Of a stretch of DNA of 64,000 nt, positions 19,357 through 30,144 are shown piece after piece. The stretch is from the sequence record PQ850628.1; one strand, given 5' to 3'. Position 1 is the stretch's first letter. The number at the start of each line of letters is the position of its first letter. The notes beneath the pieces are model-generated. The model had not been told where the DNA came from. It ran no database searches and worked only from the letters and a program-made list of their open reading frames with translations. This DNA is from Escherichia phage StefiGeyer_Bas88. The position numbers and the translations under genes are program-made.

Positions 19357-20388
19357 ATGGCATATGGAATATGGTGTCAACCTGTAGGACCGGGGCCAGC
19401 CTCTCCGGCTCCTTTGTTTATCGACAGTGGGAGTACATTCCCTCAGATTAAGAACTCTATTAGTGGGAGTTTCAACTTTAATGGGGGTGGGAGATCTTTC
19501 CCTATTAATGGTTGGGATGGTAGCGGTCAGATAATTATCGTCCCTACTGGATCTCTGTGCTGGCAGTGGGAAGTTCCTCCTAACTTGGTTCCTGATGTTT
19601 ATTGTGTTAATAACATTTATGTAGAGAATAACTCCTCTTTCAGAGTTAACTTAAACCAGAATCCCGGAAGTAACCCCCTGTTTGATTGTGGGTTTAACGT
19701 TTACCAAATCTACCCAAGAGCTGACAGAAATTACGGTATTACCTTCTCTAATACAGCTGATTACTTCTCTATCTCTGATGCTGGTGTTGTTGGTCAGTGT
19801 ATTTGGGCTTGGCAAGGGACTATAAACGGCGCTTTACAGATTCCTGACATTGGTGGGTTTTATATGCCTAATGCTGTAGTCTTTGCTAACTGGTCTGACG
19901 GAGGGATTGGCCTTTCTTATACATCTGGAGATAGAGTAATCCGTGTATATCAGAACAGATCTTATAATAACGGAAACTCTAACGAAGGCGGTTCTGTATT
20001 TGCTAGGGTCGCAGTATTCTGTAATGGAGCAGGAGTTCCTGAGCACAATGGTGGATTAAATATTTATTCTCCCGGAACAACTCAGTGTGTGTTCTCTACT
20101 AATAGAACACCTTTTACTGTTGATAATTTTGTAGGTTCTGCTGGAGGTGATACTGGTATGGCATACCCAATGATACCCCTCTCCTCTGGTGTAGGTGCTA
20201 TTCGGGGTAGTGGTAGTGGTTGGTACTATCAGCAAATGAGATCTCATGTAATGACAGGATCTTCTATAGGGACTGGCTATGGTAGGTACATGTTCCAGTG
20301 GTCTACCAATTATGACCTAGGTTCTAACTCTGCCATTAACATATCAATTCCGGTAATAAATGCGGCTAAAGTTTTTGCGGGTCTATAA
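19357..20388 (+). CDS. hypothetical virion protein
   Basis: 343-aa ORF, start 2 nt after previous stop, RBS GGGAG. Confidence 0.5.
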   Translation: MAYGIWCQPVGPGPASPAPLFIDSGSTFPQIKNSISGSFNFNGGGRSFPINGWDGSGQIIIVPTGSLCWQWEVPPNLVPDVYCVNNIYVENNSSFRVNLNQNPGSNPLFDCGFNVYQIYPRADRNYGITFSNTADYFSISDAGVVGQCIWAWQGTINGALQIPDIGGFYMPNAVVFANWSDGGIGLSYTSGDRVIRVYQNRSYNNGNSNEGGSVFARVAVFCNGAGVPEHNGGLNIYSPGTTQCVFSTNRTPFTVDNFVGSAGGDTGMAYPMIPLSSGVGAIRGSGSGWYYQQMRSHVMTGSSIGTGYGRYMFQWSTNYDLGSNSAINISIPVINAAKVFAGL

Positions 20389-20401
20389 TAAGGAGGATTT
20401 T

Positions 20402-21196
20402 ATGACAATTCGCATGGGAGTGTCTGAGCTTGACCCTATGGTCCAGCAAGCTTCTAAGAAGTACGGCATTCCTGCTGCTCTTATCCATGCAGTCATTCAG
20501 AGGGAGTCTAGTGGTAGACCTTCTGTTGCATCAGGTACAGGGCCAGTAGGTTTAATGCAAATCAGTAAAGGGTTGGCTAAAGACTATGGATACAAACTAG
20601 AAGATCGTTTAGACCCAGCCAAAAATATTGACATGGGTGCTAGATATATTCGTGATAATTTGAAAGCTTTTAATGGTGATGTGAAGAAAGCTATGGTGGG
20701 TTATTCTGAAGGGACTGGTGGAGCAAAACAAATGTTCGCTGGTAAGAAGGGGTTTACACCTCAAGCCTTGGATTCTATGAACAACAAAAACTTCCTCCCT
20801 TTCTATACAGCCAATGATGCTGCTGGTCAGGTGGCTAATCCGGTTGGGGCTTTACAATCAGCACAGCCAGTGAACCAATTCTCTCCTGAGTTGGTTACTA
20901 AAGAAGGTGCTGCTAATGCTCCTACTCAAGCTGAGATTGCTGCTGCTAAGACAGGAGCTCTAGGCGGTTCTCCTGCTGAGTTCTATTCTGACGATGCAGA
21001 AGAGGCTGGGGAAGATCAGAAACCACAACAGAACTTCGGTAATGCTGCACTAGCTGCTGCTGCGATGTTAGCAGGAAAGGCTCCTAAGTCTCAAACAGTT
21101 CAGAGAGCACATGCACCAACTCAAGCAGGTTCTCAATACAGCCCACAGACACAAGCCGTTCTTAGACGTTTGGCAAGTGTTGGTGTTATTAAATAA
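20402..21196 (+). CDS. virion protein with lytic transglycosylase (SLT) domain
   Basis: ATG at 20402 after AGGAGG; motif QRESSGRPSVASGTGPVGLMQI matches SLT catalytic E-S...G-L-M-Q signature. Confidence 0.65.
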   Translation: MTIRMGVSELDPMVQQASKKYGIPAALIHAVIQRESSGRPSVASGTGPVGLMQISKGLAKDYGYKLEDRLDPAKNIDMGARYIRDNLKAFNGDVKKAMVGYSEGTGGAKQMFAGKKGFTPQALDSMNNKNFLPFYTANDAAGQVANPVGALQSAQPVNQFSPELVTKEGAANAPTQAEIAAAKTGALGGSPAEFYSDDAEEAGEDQKPQQNFGNAALAAAAMLAGKAPKSQTVQRAHAPTQAGSQYSPQTQAVLRRLASVGVIK

Positions 21197-21208
21197 TAAG
21201 GAGGACGT

Positions 21209-22258
21209 ATGTCTTTATTCGGGTCTGCTTCTAAGACTAAAACTACAGTGGCTCCATCCTCTCAGGTTGATGCTCTGTTAAAACAGATTGTGGCTAATGC
21301 TCAGAATATGAACAGCAATGATGCTGGATTTATTTCTCAGCAACTAGCTGGCCTTAACCCTAACCAACAAGCTGCTCTATCTAACTTAGCTAACTCTTCC
21401 ACCTTGAATCAACTGAGTAATATGTACACTCCTCGGACACAACAAGGTCTGGATCAGATGAACACTTTGGCTCAGAGATATCAAGACTTGGCTAATAGTT
21501 CAATCAGTGCTAGTGATGTTAACAAGTTCAGTTCTGGTCTAAACAGTTCTGCACTGGCTCAGGCAACAGGAAAGGCTGCATCTAACGTATCTCTTGGTAA
21601 TGGTTCTGATTCAGGATCTCTTCGTAGGGCTGCTGCTCAGGGTGCTGCTTTGAATTCTGCTAATACCAACCTGTCTCGTACTATCTCTGGTAAGAACTTA
21701 GGTGTTGACGCTTTAAGATCTAACAGTTCCTTCCAGCAAGGCCTTCTGAACGCACAAACAGGGTTGGCTGGACAAAACCTTAACCTCGGCTCTCAAGGCA
21801 CTCAGGCAGCTCAACAGGCTATCCAGAATCAACTTACTGCTGGTAACTTACAACAGCAGCAAGATCAGACTCAAGCTGACCTTAATTGGCAGAATGCTAT
21901 TGGCAGTCAACAGTATGGATGGAATCAACTCAACAACCAATTAAATGTATTAAACTCAGTAAGTCCTGTGGCTGGTTATACAATTACTAATAAAGGAGCC
22001 TCTCCTAACACATCCCAGCAAATTCTTGGTGCTGGAGTGACTGGTCTAGGTATTGCTGGTAGATTGGGTGCTTTCACTCCTAGTCAACAAACTCAGAATG
22101 CTTGGAACTCTTATAATGCTTCGGGTGGTCAATCTGGTATGGCTGGTCCTATGATCGGTGGGTCTAACCTGTCCAATCAGAGTAATCAGAATAACTGGTT
22201 GTCTACAGCTGGGAGTAATATTTTGGGTGGTGTTCTAGGTGCCTTCGGGGCAAACTAA
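21209..22258 (+). CDS. Q/N/S-rich hypothetical virion protein
   Basis: 349 aa, low-complexity Gln/Asn/Ser/Gly-rich; RBS AAGGAGG. Confidence 0.5.
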   Translation: MSLFGSASKTKTTVAPSSQVDALLKQIVANAQNMNSNDAGFISQQLAGLNPNQQAALSNLANSSTLNQLSNMYTPRTQQGLDQMNTLAQRYQDLANSSISASDVNKFSSGLNSSALAQATGKAASNVSLGNGSDSGSLRRAAAQGAALNSANTNLSRTISGKNLGVDALRSNSSFQQGLLNAQTGLAGQNLNLGSQGTQAAQQAIQNQLTAGNLQQQQDQTQADLNWQNAIGSQQYGWNQLNNQLNVLNSVSPVAGYTITNKGASPNTSQQILGAGVTGLGIAGRLGAFTPSQQTQNAWNSYNASGGQSGMAGPMIGGSNLSNQSNQNNWLSTAGSNILGGVLGAFGAN

Positions 22259-22269
22259 GGAGGTAAATA

Positions 22270-23241
22270 ATGGCAGGTTTATTCGGTGGAGGGGGTAGCT
22301 CTTCTACTTCCAAAATGACAAGACCTGAATATATTCAATCCTATATTGACCAACTGGTTAATCAGGTGAATAACACAAGTTCAGGCGATTATGTTTATAG
22401 AGATAATGTAGGTTTCAATCAGAACCAAACTGAGGCTCTGAATAACCTTTCTCAATCAGGAGCACTTGGTGCTCTGTCTTCTCAATATATGGATGCTGCT
22501 CAATCTGGTCTGGGATATCTCGACCAAGCCAATTCAGGCTATAACAACCTATCTAACTCTGGTCAAATTACTGGTGAACAGATTGGTGCCTTGGCTGGTC
22601 AGCTCTATGACGATGAAGCTGTTCAGTCTGCTATTACAGCTAACAATGAACAGACACAACAGGATTTGGCTCGTAATGCTCTACCTCAGTTGGCTCAGCA
22701 ATATGCTGGACAGCAAGGTTCAGGTGCTAGAATGGCTAAATCTTTTGCTCAAGGTGATGCTCTTAATCAGATGCAGAACACAGCAACCAATATTACCAAC
22801 AGTGCTTATGATTCAGCTCTTAATCAAGCTCAAAGCATTCTGTCAGGTAATAGACAATCTCAAGCTTCTGCTCTAAGTGGACTCTCTGGAATTGGTAGTT
22901 CTTTATCTAATCTAGGAACCCAAGCAGGTCAACTATCCCAGCAGCAGATGAAGAATCAGTGGGCAGCAGGTTTGCAGCAACAGCAACAGCAACAAGCTGG
23001 TCTGGATAATGCTTATACAAATGCTCAGAATGCAGCCAATTGGGGCTGGCAAGACATTAACAATCAACTCGGTGCAGCTGGTGTTCTCAACGGTGCTTTA
23101 GGTACTACAACTACTAATAAGGTTTCAGGTGGTGGGAGTGGTTTCTTAGGCGGTGCTATGAGTGGCGCAGCAGCAGGCTCTTCCTTCGGACCTTGGGGTG
23201 CGTTAGCAGGTGGGGTTATCGGTGGGTTGGCTAGTTCTTAA
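22270..23241 (+). CDS. Q/N/S-rich hypothetical virion protein (paralog-like of 21209-22258)
   Basis: 323 aa, similar composition and Gly-rich C-terminus; RBS AAGGAGG. Confidence 0.5.
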   Translation: MAGLFGGGGSSSTSKMTRPEYIQSYIDQLVNQVNNTSSGDYVYRDNVGFNQNQTEALNNLSQSGALGALSSQYMDAAQSGLGYLDQANSGYNNLSNSGQITGEQIGALAGQLYDDEAVQSAITANNEQTQQDLARNALPQLAQQYAGQQGSGARMAKSFAQGDALNQMQNTATNITNSAYDSALNQAQSILSGNRQSQASALSGLSGIGSSLSNLGTQAGQLSQQQMKNQWAAGLQQQQQQQAGLDNAYTNAQNAANWGWQDINNQLGAAGVLNGALGTTTTNKVSGGGSGFLGGAMSGAAAGSSFGPWGALAGGVIGGLASS

Positions 23242-23255
23242 TTAGGAGATTAATT

Positions 23256-24887
23256 ATGCAACAAACATCTTACGCGTATCTTCGTAGTCAAGACCCGCGA
23301 AATCAGATTTATGGTGATCGTCAGAGAGGGGTTACGGCCTCTCCTTACATGTCCAGACCTGCTGGTCCAGCAGCTGACTTATCTATGTATCAGCGTCCAG
23401 CTCTTCCTGCTGTCTTAGGAGCTACAGTTGAACAAGCACAGGCTGACCAAGAAGCTATGATGAATCCGGGATTCAAGCAACGTCTTTATGAACAGCAGGG
23501 TATTTCCACTCCTACTAGTTTGGCTGGTATTGATGCTGGCATTAATCCGGGTGATGAAGGCTCTATGATTCCTGCTGATGTAGCTCCTGCTTCTAGCCCT
23601 CTTCCGGTTACAGCTCCTGCTAAACCAATTGAAGAGTCAGATAAAGAGTTTGCCCCTGAACAAGTACAACAGGCACAAGGTGTCATGAATACTATCGCTT
23701 CTGGTGTTCCTCAGGGTGAAGGTATGAGCGGTGCTACTCGTGCTGCTGATCAGGAACGTGTGAATCAGGATATTCTTAAAGTTGCACAATCTAAGAACCC
23801 AGCAGATGCGTGGAAGACTATGCAGAAACAGCCTTTCTATCAAAACTCTAGTTTCTATACAGGATTGATGGGTGTGGGTCTTTCTATTATGTCTGGTAAA
23901 TCTCCGATTGAGGCATTCCAGATTGGCTCTGGTATGGCATCTCAGGATGAAGCTAAACAACAATTAGAACTGAACCGTGATAACCTGATCGAACAAGGTT
24001 ACTCTCAGGATTCTGTAGCTGCTGCTGTAGCTGCTGGTGATCCTTCTCTTCTGAAGATGCGTCAGATTAGTCCTCAAGAGAAGATGGCTCTAGCCGCTCA
24101 AGACGAAGCTCGTGCTAATCAAGAGTGGGACAGACGTCAACAGATTCAAGAGAATTCGATGCGGGAACGTGCTGCTGAAACTCGACGTGCTGCTGAACAA
24201 CGTGCTGATGCTCAGTTTGAGAAACAGAAAGAGTTGATTGGTTATCGTGATCAAGTTAAGGCAGACCGTGCAGAACAAGCTGCTCAAAGTTTTAACTTTA
24301 ACCCGAAAGAAGTTCGTCTTGCTCAGAACACTGCTGAAGGTACGGTTGCTAAACAGTGGGCAGAGAAGGCAGGACTGTTTAACCAGTCTCATAAAGACTT
24401 GGATTTGGCAGACAAAGCAGTTAAGGATGGTGATTATCAGACTGCTCGTTCTGCTTACATGCAGGCTATTATGAACTCCGCAAGAGCTGAGATTGGTGCT
24501 AACCGTTCTCTGCAAGCTGATGACTTATCACACTTCGCAGAAGACCCATCCATTCTTGTTAAGGTAGGTAACACTTGGTCTCTTAAAGCTGGTTATCGTC
24601 CATCTGATGCTGCTCTGTCTTATGCTCGTAAACAAGCGACGGTCGGTGCTACTTCTGCTGAGAAAGGTGTTAAAGATTCTAAGAAAGCAACTATTGAAGC
24701 TTATGTTGGTTCTGGTATGGACAAGAAACGTGCAACTGCTCTTGTTAACCGAGCTATTCCTTCTGCTGGTTTCTATGACCCTCTCGGTGTATTCGAAGCA
24801 GAGTCTGAAGCAGCTGTTGGTGGTTCAGCAACCAATCCTAAACTTAACGGTGCTTTGTCTTCTAACACTGATTGGATGACTCAGTAA
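23256..24887 (+). CDS. hypothetical virion protein
   Basis: 543-aa ORF with RBS AGGAG; charged helical regions. Confidence 0.5.
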   Translation: MQQTSYAYLRSQDPRNQIYGDRQRGVTASPYMSRPAGPAADLSMYQRPALPAVLGATVEQAQADQEAMMNPGFKQRLYEQQGISTPTSLAGIDAGINPGDEGSMIPADVAPASSPLPVTAPAKPIEESDKEFAPEQVQQAQGVMNTIASGVPQGEGMSGATRAADQERVNQDILKVAQSKNPADAWKTMQKQPFYQNSSFYTGLMGVGLSIMSGKSPIEAFQIGSGMASQDEAKQQLELNRDNLIEQGYSQDSVAAAVAAGDPSLLKMRQISPQEKMALAAQDEARANQEWDRRQQIQENSMRERAAETRRAAEQRADAQFEKQKELIGYRDQVKADRAEQAAQSFNFNPKEVRLAQNTAEGTVAKQWAEKAGLFNQSHKDLDLADKAVKDGDYQTARSAYMQAIMNSARAEIGANRSLQADDLSHFAEDPSILVKVGNTWSLKAGYRPSDAALSYARKQATVGATSAEKGVKDSKKATIEAYVGSGMDKKRATALVNRAIPSAGFYDPLGVFEAESEAAVGGSATNPKLNGALSSNTDWMTQ

Positions 24888-24952
24888 GACCTAAGTCCTA
24901 TCTCTTATAATGTATATAGGAGGTAGGACATTTTTATTTATAAGGAGAAATT

Positions 24953-27900
24953 ATGGCTAACTTAAAACCGTGGGAAGAAGCTTCTAAAAGCCCTGCGTAT
25001 TTGAATGCCTCCCCTGAGCAACAGTCTCAGATGCGAGAACAGTATAAAGCAGCGGGTGGAACGATTCCTGAGGCTGCTCCAGCTCCTAAACAAGAAGAGC
25101 AACCGGGGTTGGTTGGTGATTTTGCCCAAGGTGTGTCCAACGCTATTCAATCAGGTGGTGCAAACATTGCAGCTAGTGCTGCTAGAGGTATTGGTGGATT
25201 AGTTGAGATTGGAGAAAATCTAGCTGGTACACAGACAAGTTACGGTAAGCGTATTCAAGACAACTCTAAAAACTTACTAGAAGAACGTCTCTCTCAAATC
25301 GAAGATGGTGTAGGTAAATCTGTAGGTCAGTATGCTGGCGTTGCCGCTGATATTGGTCTTACGGTTGCTAACCCAGCTGTAGCTGCTGCTGTTATTGCAG
25401 CTCGTGAAACAGGTAGAGCTTATGCAGACCAAACTCCAGAAGAGGGTGAAGAGAAGTCTGTTCTTGATGCTGGTTTAGTTGGTGGTGCTAACTTTGCAGC
25501 TCAGAAGATTCTTCCGGGGATGACAGGCACTGCTTCTACTACTCTAGGTCGTGTTGGTCAGAGTGTAGCATCTAACGCAGTGGCTGGTGCTAAAGGTGGT
25601 GCTCTTGTAGGTGCTGCTGAAGCACAGAACAAATATGGTGATGACACTACTCTTGCTAATATTATTGAAGGTGCTGTAGAAGAAGGTGCGATGGGTGCTG
25701 CTTACGGTGGGGCTATTGGTGGGGTTCATGGATTGATAAGTCGTCCTAGTCCTCAAGTCTTTGACCGTACTCCAGAACACGTTAAGACTGACATTGCCGC
25801 TGAAGATGAAGCTATTCGCTCAGCTAAAAATGCAGACGAACTAAGAGAGGCTTACTCTAAAGCTGATAATGCTAACACAGCTTCTGCTCTTAATCTCCTC
25901 GATGAGAACGGTTTCCGTGTTACTGATGCTGTGGCTATGGACTCTCCTGCTGCTCAGCGTATCCTTAATACTGATCAAAGTCGTGCTGAGAAGGCTGCTA
26001 CTATTCTGGAAGATCGTTCTAATGTTCCTGGTTTAAATCCTCTTGCTGCTCCTAATAAGAAGCAAGGTAAAGCTAACGCAGACAACGAACATAACCAGAA
26101 ACAAGCTGTGGCAATGAAAGATGCAATGGCTGATTATACAAAAGACAACACTAAATCTTTGTCTGATGTTCTGGATAATCTTGATCGTGAATTAACAGCT
26201 GCTCGTGCCAGTGGTGATTTTACTGGTAGTGCTATGGACATTAAGAATCGTACCCAAGCAGATCGTGATTTTATTGATGCTTATAAGACTTTCTATAACG
26301 AAGCTAATCGATTCAAAGCTCGTGATGGTGAAGACTTTAATAACTTCATAGAGAAAGCTACAGAGCTTCAGAAACTAGCTGATAATGTATCCCCAGAAAT
26401 GAAAACTGCTATTGGTGGTTTGAAGAAACTTAAAGGAATGCCTGAAGGTTTCAACCCAATCCAAGATGCTTTCACTCTGAATAACACAGCTAAGTTGATG
26501 AGTAATCAAGACCGTGGTTGGACTTCTCTGACTGCTGATGGTTTTAAAGAAGCTGCTCCTCCAGTTCTGATTAAGAATCCTCTTGGTGCTGCTAAGCATG
26601 TTCTTAACCGTTTCCGTTCTGACCGTGCTCGCTCTCAACGTGAAAGCCAGCAGGCTGCTAACAGTGAAGCTATTCGTTCTCTTGCTCGTAGTGATATGGA
26701 AGTAACTCGTGCTCGTGCTCAGGCTGATGAAGCCCGTGCTGCGATGGAGAAAGAACCTGAAGTTGATGACATTAAATTTAAGACTCAAAATGACATGGAA
26801 ATCGAACCGGTTCGGGAGCCTTCTGCTACTACTGTGACGGAAGAAATTTCCTCTCCAGAAACCTCTCCTTTAACTGCTCGTGATTTGGTCGCACAGAGAC
26901 GTGCTTTGAAGGAAGCTGAAGCTAGACGTCAAGAAGCCGAAGCTAACAAGGTTCAGGAAGAACCAACTCCAGAGCCAGTTCCACAAGAACCAGTTACTAC
27001 CGCAAGGGATTTAGTTGCCCAGCGTCGTGCTGTTGCAGAAGCTCGTAAACGTCAAGAAGCAGAAGAGGCTAGCAAGGCTGCTGAGAGCGTTCCTGAGGAG
27101 CCTATCGTTCAAGCCGAGCCATTACCTACCCGTGCTCCTAAAGCTCCTGAGGTTGAGCCTGAGCCTGTTAAACCAGCTACTGGAATAGAGCGTCTGGCTG
27201 CTATGTCAAGTGCTGCCCGTCAAGCTACTAAAGATCGTGCAGATCGCTTTGCTCGTTCTCTGTATACGGCAGGTGCTAAGGCTAAAGCCACAGCTGAGAA
27301 CTTCCTTTCTTATAAAGGTGACCCGAAAGAGTTGATGCGTCGTATCCGTCAGGAAGACCAAGCCAACAATGCTGAACGTCATGCTGAGATGGCTCGTAAT
27401 CAACTTGCTTCTCAACAGGGTATTGCTGCTGCTAAGTCACAACGTGTTCGTTCTTCGTTTGCTGATTGGGTTAAGGAACGTGGTCTACCTTCTGATATTG
27501 CTACCAAGGCATTACGTGCTGAGGAGAAAGGTATTGGTGGGAACGTGACTAGTCTAGACTCACTGAAGCGTAGGTCTGAACGTCTGTATCAGAAACAACG
27601 TGATGATGAATTTAATAGGATGTATGAAGAAGCTCTTGCAGAGAATAAGAAGCTTGATAAAGCTGATGCTCCTAAGCTGGTTGACCAGAAGAAAGAGTTA
27701 CACAGCGAAATCAATTTACTTCTTGATGCAGAGCCATTACGTCCAGCTCAAAAAGATGCTATGCGTAAGTTGATGGAAGACTTTGTAGATGGGAAGTTTA
27801 AAGCTTCAGAGAAGGCTGGAAGGGAAGATGCTTTGGAAGTGGGACAGATGAAGGATATATGGGATGGCTTCATTAACACATATAACCGTGAAGTTAACAT

Positions 27901-29371
27901 GTTCAACAAAGCTAATAAGAACTCTCAGTACGAAGCAGCAGCTAAACATTTGCAAGCACGTCAAGAACGTCTTGAGACGCTCCGTAACAGGGCTAAAGCT
28001 CGTAGTGATGCCAAGGCAGCAATAGAGACAGAAAGACAGTCTCTCGAGGCTATAGCGGCTCAGAAATCGGAGATGGAGAACCTGTTGAAAGATTTACCAG
28101 AGTCGGTACGTGAGTCTCAGGAAGGTCGTACACTGAAACAGTTAGCAGCTCACCACGATAAGAACTCTCCTGTACCACCGGAGCGTTTCCGTAGTATTAT
28201 CGAACGTATCCACAACGCAGAAAGTGATTACATTGACCGTAAGCGTCGTCTCACTGAAGCGGAAGAAGATGCTCGAGAAGCTAAGTGGAATAAGATGTAC
28301 GAACAGGCGGAAGAGATGAACCGTAAATACGACATTGATTCCCGTGTACAACGTGACAAGAAGCTCAAAGAAGCTCAGGAAGCAGAGAACGATCGCATGG
28401 CAATACAACGCCAACGTGATGACATTCATAAGCGCCTGATGCGTTCTATGGAGGATAAAGGGATTCCTAAAGAAGATGCAGAAGTCTTTGCAGGTTCTTA
28501 TATGGATAACCGTTACTCTCTTCTGGAGAAACCTATGACTCCTACTGAGCACCAGAATGCTCGTTCTCGTATTGAATCTGATATTTCAAAGTTTGCTAAG
28601 GATTTTGAGAAGATGACACCTATCGAGAAAGATATTGCTAAGGCAACTGGTGACATGGATGGTAAGGTAGAGGTGGATGCAGATACTTCGAAAGCTATCG
28701 AAGATGCGAAGAAGGTAGATTCTGAGTTGAAGAAACTTCAGGATGAAGAGTTGGAAATGGAGAAAGTTCGTTCGGCATTGCCAGAAGATGAAAGATCTCA
28801 AGCCTCCTCTGATATACTGGAAAGCATTAAGAAGCAGGAAGATGACTTTGCTAACAAAGCAGAGAAAGCTTTTATCGAAGGGAAAGACTTGCAGGAGCTG
28901 GCTAGTGTAGCAGAGGTTCTAGATAGAGTTCATGGTGCTGACAAGGCTGGTAACAATCGTCGCTTTGTACGTGCATTACAAACTGCTGCGGAGAACAAGA
29001 AACAATATGGAGATAATCCAGTGGCTTGGTTTAGTGCTGATGATTACTCTGCTATTGCGAAACTTGGTGCTGCTTCAGCGGGTGGTAACAAATCTAGAGC
29101 ACTGGAGAAAATCTTTGGTTCTACTGCTGAACAAGCTAAAGGGAAACTTTTAGGGCGGGATGATGTAGCGAAGATTAGACGTGTGATTGAAGAGAATCCT
29201 GATGTTAAGATTCCTTCTTACAAGACAACTACTCGACAAGAGTATTTACAGTTCTTGGAGAAGTATAATGACGAGGGAGAATTGAAAGTCAAACGTGGTT
29301 CTCTGTCTGACAAGTTGGAGAGGAGTAAGCGTCAAGCTAAACTCCGTGTTAGAGTTCGAGCTAAGGAGTAA
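24953..29371 (+). CDS. large internal virion / DNA-ejection protein (putative)
   Basis: 1472 aa, highly charged coiled-coil-rich; last gene of the structural operon; internal duplicated motif TARDLVAQRRA. Confidence 0.55.
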   Translation: MANLKPWEEASKSPAYLNASPEQQSQMREQYKAAGGTIPEAAPAPKQEEQPGLVGDFAQGVSNAIQSGGANIAASAARGIGGLVEIGENLAGTQTSYGKRIQDNSKNLLEERLSQIEDGVGKSVGQYAGVAADIGLTVANPAVAAAVIAARETGRAYADQTPEEGEEKSVLDAGLVGGANFAAQKILPGMTGTASTTLGRVGQSVASNAVAGAKGGALVGAAEAQNKYGDDTTLANIIEGAVEEGAMGAAYGGAIGGVHGLISRPSPQVFDRTPEHVKTDIAAEDEAIRSAKNADELREAYSKADNANTASALNLLDENGFRVTDAVAMDSPAAQRILNTDQSRAEKAATILEDRSNVPGLNPLAAPNKKQGKANADNEHNQKQAVAMKDAMADYTKDNTKSLSDVLDNLDRELTAARASGDFTGSAMDIKNRTQADRDFIDAYKTFYNEANRFKARDGEDFNNFIEKATELQKLADNVSPEMKTAIGGLKKLKGMPEGFNPIQDAFTLNNTAKLMSNQDRGWTSLTADGFKEAAPPVLIKNPLGAAKHVLNRFRSDRARSQRESQQAANSEAIRSLARSDMEVTRARAQADEARAAMEKEPEVDDIKFKTQNDMEIEPVREPSATTVTEEISSPETSPLTARDLVAQRRALKEAEARRQEAEANKVQEEPTPEPVPQEPVTTARDLVAQRRAVAEARKRQEAEEASKAAESVPEEPIVQAEPLPTRAPKAPEVEPEPVKPATGIERLAAMSSAARQATKDRADRFARSLYTAGAKAKATAENFLSYKGDPKELMRRIRQEDQANNAERHAEMARNQLASQQGIAAAKSQRVRSSFADWVKERGLPSDIATKALRAEEKGIGGNVTSLDSLKRRSERLYQKQRDDEFNRMYEEALAENKKLDKADAPKLVDQKKELHSEINLLLDAEPLRPAQKDAMRKLMEDFVDGKFKASEKAGREDALEVGQMKDIWDGFINTYNREVNMFNKANKNSQYEAAAKHLQARQERLETLRNRAKARSDAKAAIETERQSLEAIAAQKSEMENLLKDLPESVRESQEGRTLKQLAAHHDKNSPVPPERFRSIIERIHNAESDYIDRKRRLTEAEEDAREAKWNKMYEQAEEMNRKYDIDSRVQRDKKLKEAQEAENDRMAIQRQRDDIHKRLMRSMEDKGIPKEDAEVFAGSYMDNRYSLLEKPMTPTEHQNARSRIESDISKFAKDFEKMTPIEKDIAKATGDMDGKVEVDADTSKAIEDAKKVDSELKKLQDEELEMEKVRSALPEDERSQASSDILESIKKQEDDFANKAEKAFIEGKDLQELASVAEVLDRVHGADKAGNNRRFVRALQTAAENKKQYGDNPVAWFSADDYSAIAKLGAASAGGNKSRALEKIFGSTAEQAKGKLLGRDDVAKIRRVIEENPDVKIPSYKTTTRQEYLQFLEKYNDEGELKVKRGSLSDKLERSKRQAKLRVRVRAKE

Positions 29372-29376
29372 ACGAG

Positions 29377-29415
29377 AAAAGCCCCCAACCTGAAAAGGAA
29401 GGGGGCTTCTTTATT
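29377..29415. terminator. bidirectional terminator at the convergence of plus- and minus-strand modules
   Basis: AAGCCCCC ... GGGGGCTT stem flanked by T-rich runs on both strands (CTTTATTTCT on plus; TTTTCTCG on minus). Confidence 0.55.
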
Positions 29416-29509
29416 TCTAGCTGCACTTAAAGGTAGCAAATCACCTAAATTTTAAATATTAGAATCCATCGAACTCATCATACATCCCAGTTTTCTTCTT
29501 CGAAATCAA

Positions 29510-29776
29510 TCATAAGATCTCCCAATCATCTGCAAATAAATCACCTTGAGATGGAACCCATCCGGGCTGTATAATACCTTGAGCATTCTTTAAAACTAAA
29601 TGAGGGGCAATATAGAACTGACCTATAATATCAGCTTTTTCATAAAGAGAACCCGGTAGAGCTTCTTCTACTTCATACCCACCTGCTTTAAAGACAAACT
29701 GGTTTGCACCGTTCCATCCAGAGCGGGTGATCTTTTTCCCTTCTTTTACTTTAATAAGCGCTGAACTAAAATCCAT
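29510..29776 (-). CDS. hypothetical protein
   Basis: 88-aa ORF, first minus-strand gene after the convergence point. Confidence 0.4.
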   Translation of the reverse strand: MDFSSALIKVKEGKKITRSGWNGANQFVFKAGGYEVEEALPGSLYEKADIIGQFYIAPHLVLKNAQGIIQPGWVPSQGDLFADDWEIL

Positions 29777-29784
29777 TTGTTCTC

Positions 29785-30144
29785 CTAGATTAAATCATAA
29801 TACTTAATAATATCGGAGAGCTTAAACTCTCGAATGTCATTCTTGTCGTTGTCCCAAGCGGTCATTATCCAACAAGGTTTGCCCCCATTATGATAACGGG
29901 AAGAAGCAACTGAGGTTCGTATAGGAATAACGGAGCGGTCTGCAACTTCGCCTCTCCAATTACGATAGCTAAAGCGAAGAGTTTGTGTCGTAGATACTTG
30001 ATCATTTGTATTTTCCTTGTTCATAGATTCAAAGACTTCCTTCTCTTCAGGAGTCTCTAGATTTTTTAAATTCGCGTCTTGCATCATTCTCTTCCTTAGT
30101 TTTAATCTTATGGCAAGGTTCTTTACACAAGACTTGAAAGCCAT
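29785..30144 (-). CDS. hypothetical protein (true start probably internal)
   Basis: 119-aa ORF; 5' part overlaps the HNH gene, so a downstream Met is likely the real start. Confidence 0.3.
   Translation of the reverse strand: MAFKSCVKNLAIRLKLRKRMMQDANLKNLETPEEKEVFESMNKENTNDQVSTTQTLRFSYRNWRGEVADRSVIPIRTSVASSRYHNGGKPCWIMTAWDNDKNDIREFKLSDIIKYYDLI

Noticed and set aside
21209-24887. Several alternative-frame ORFs (e.g. 22466-22876, 23486-23686, 23637-23963, 24090-24515) within the Q/N/S-rich virion genes
   Set aside because: Embedded in or antisense to longer ORFs with good RBSs; low-complexity composition keeps other frames open.
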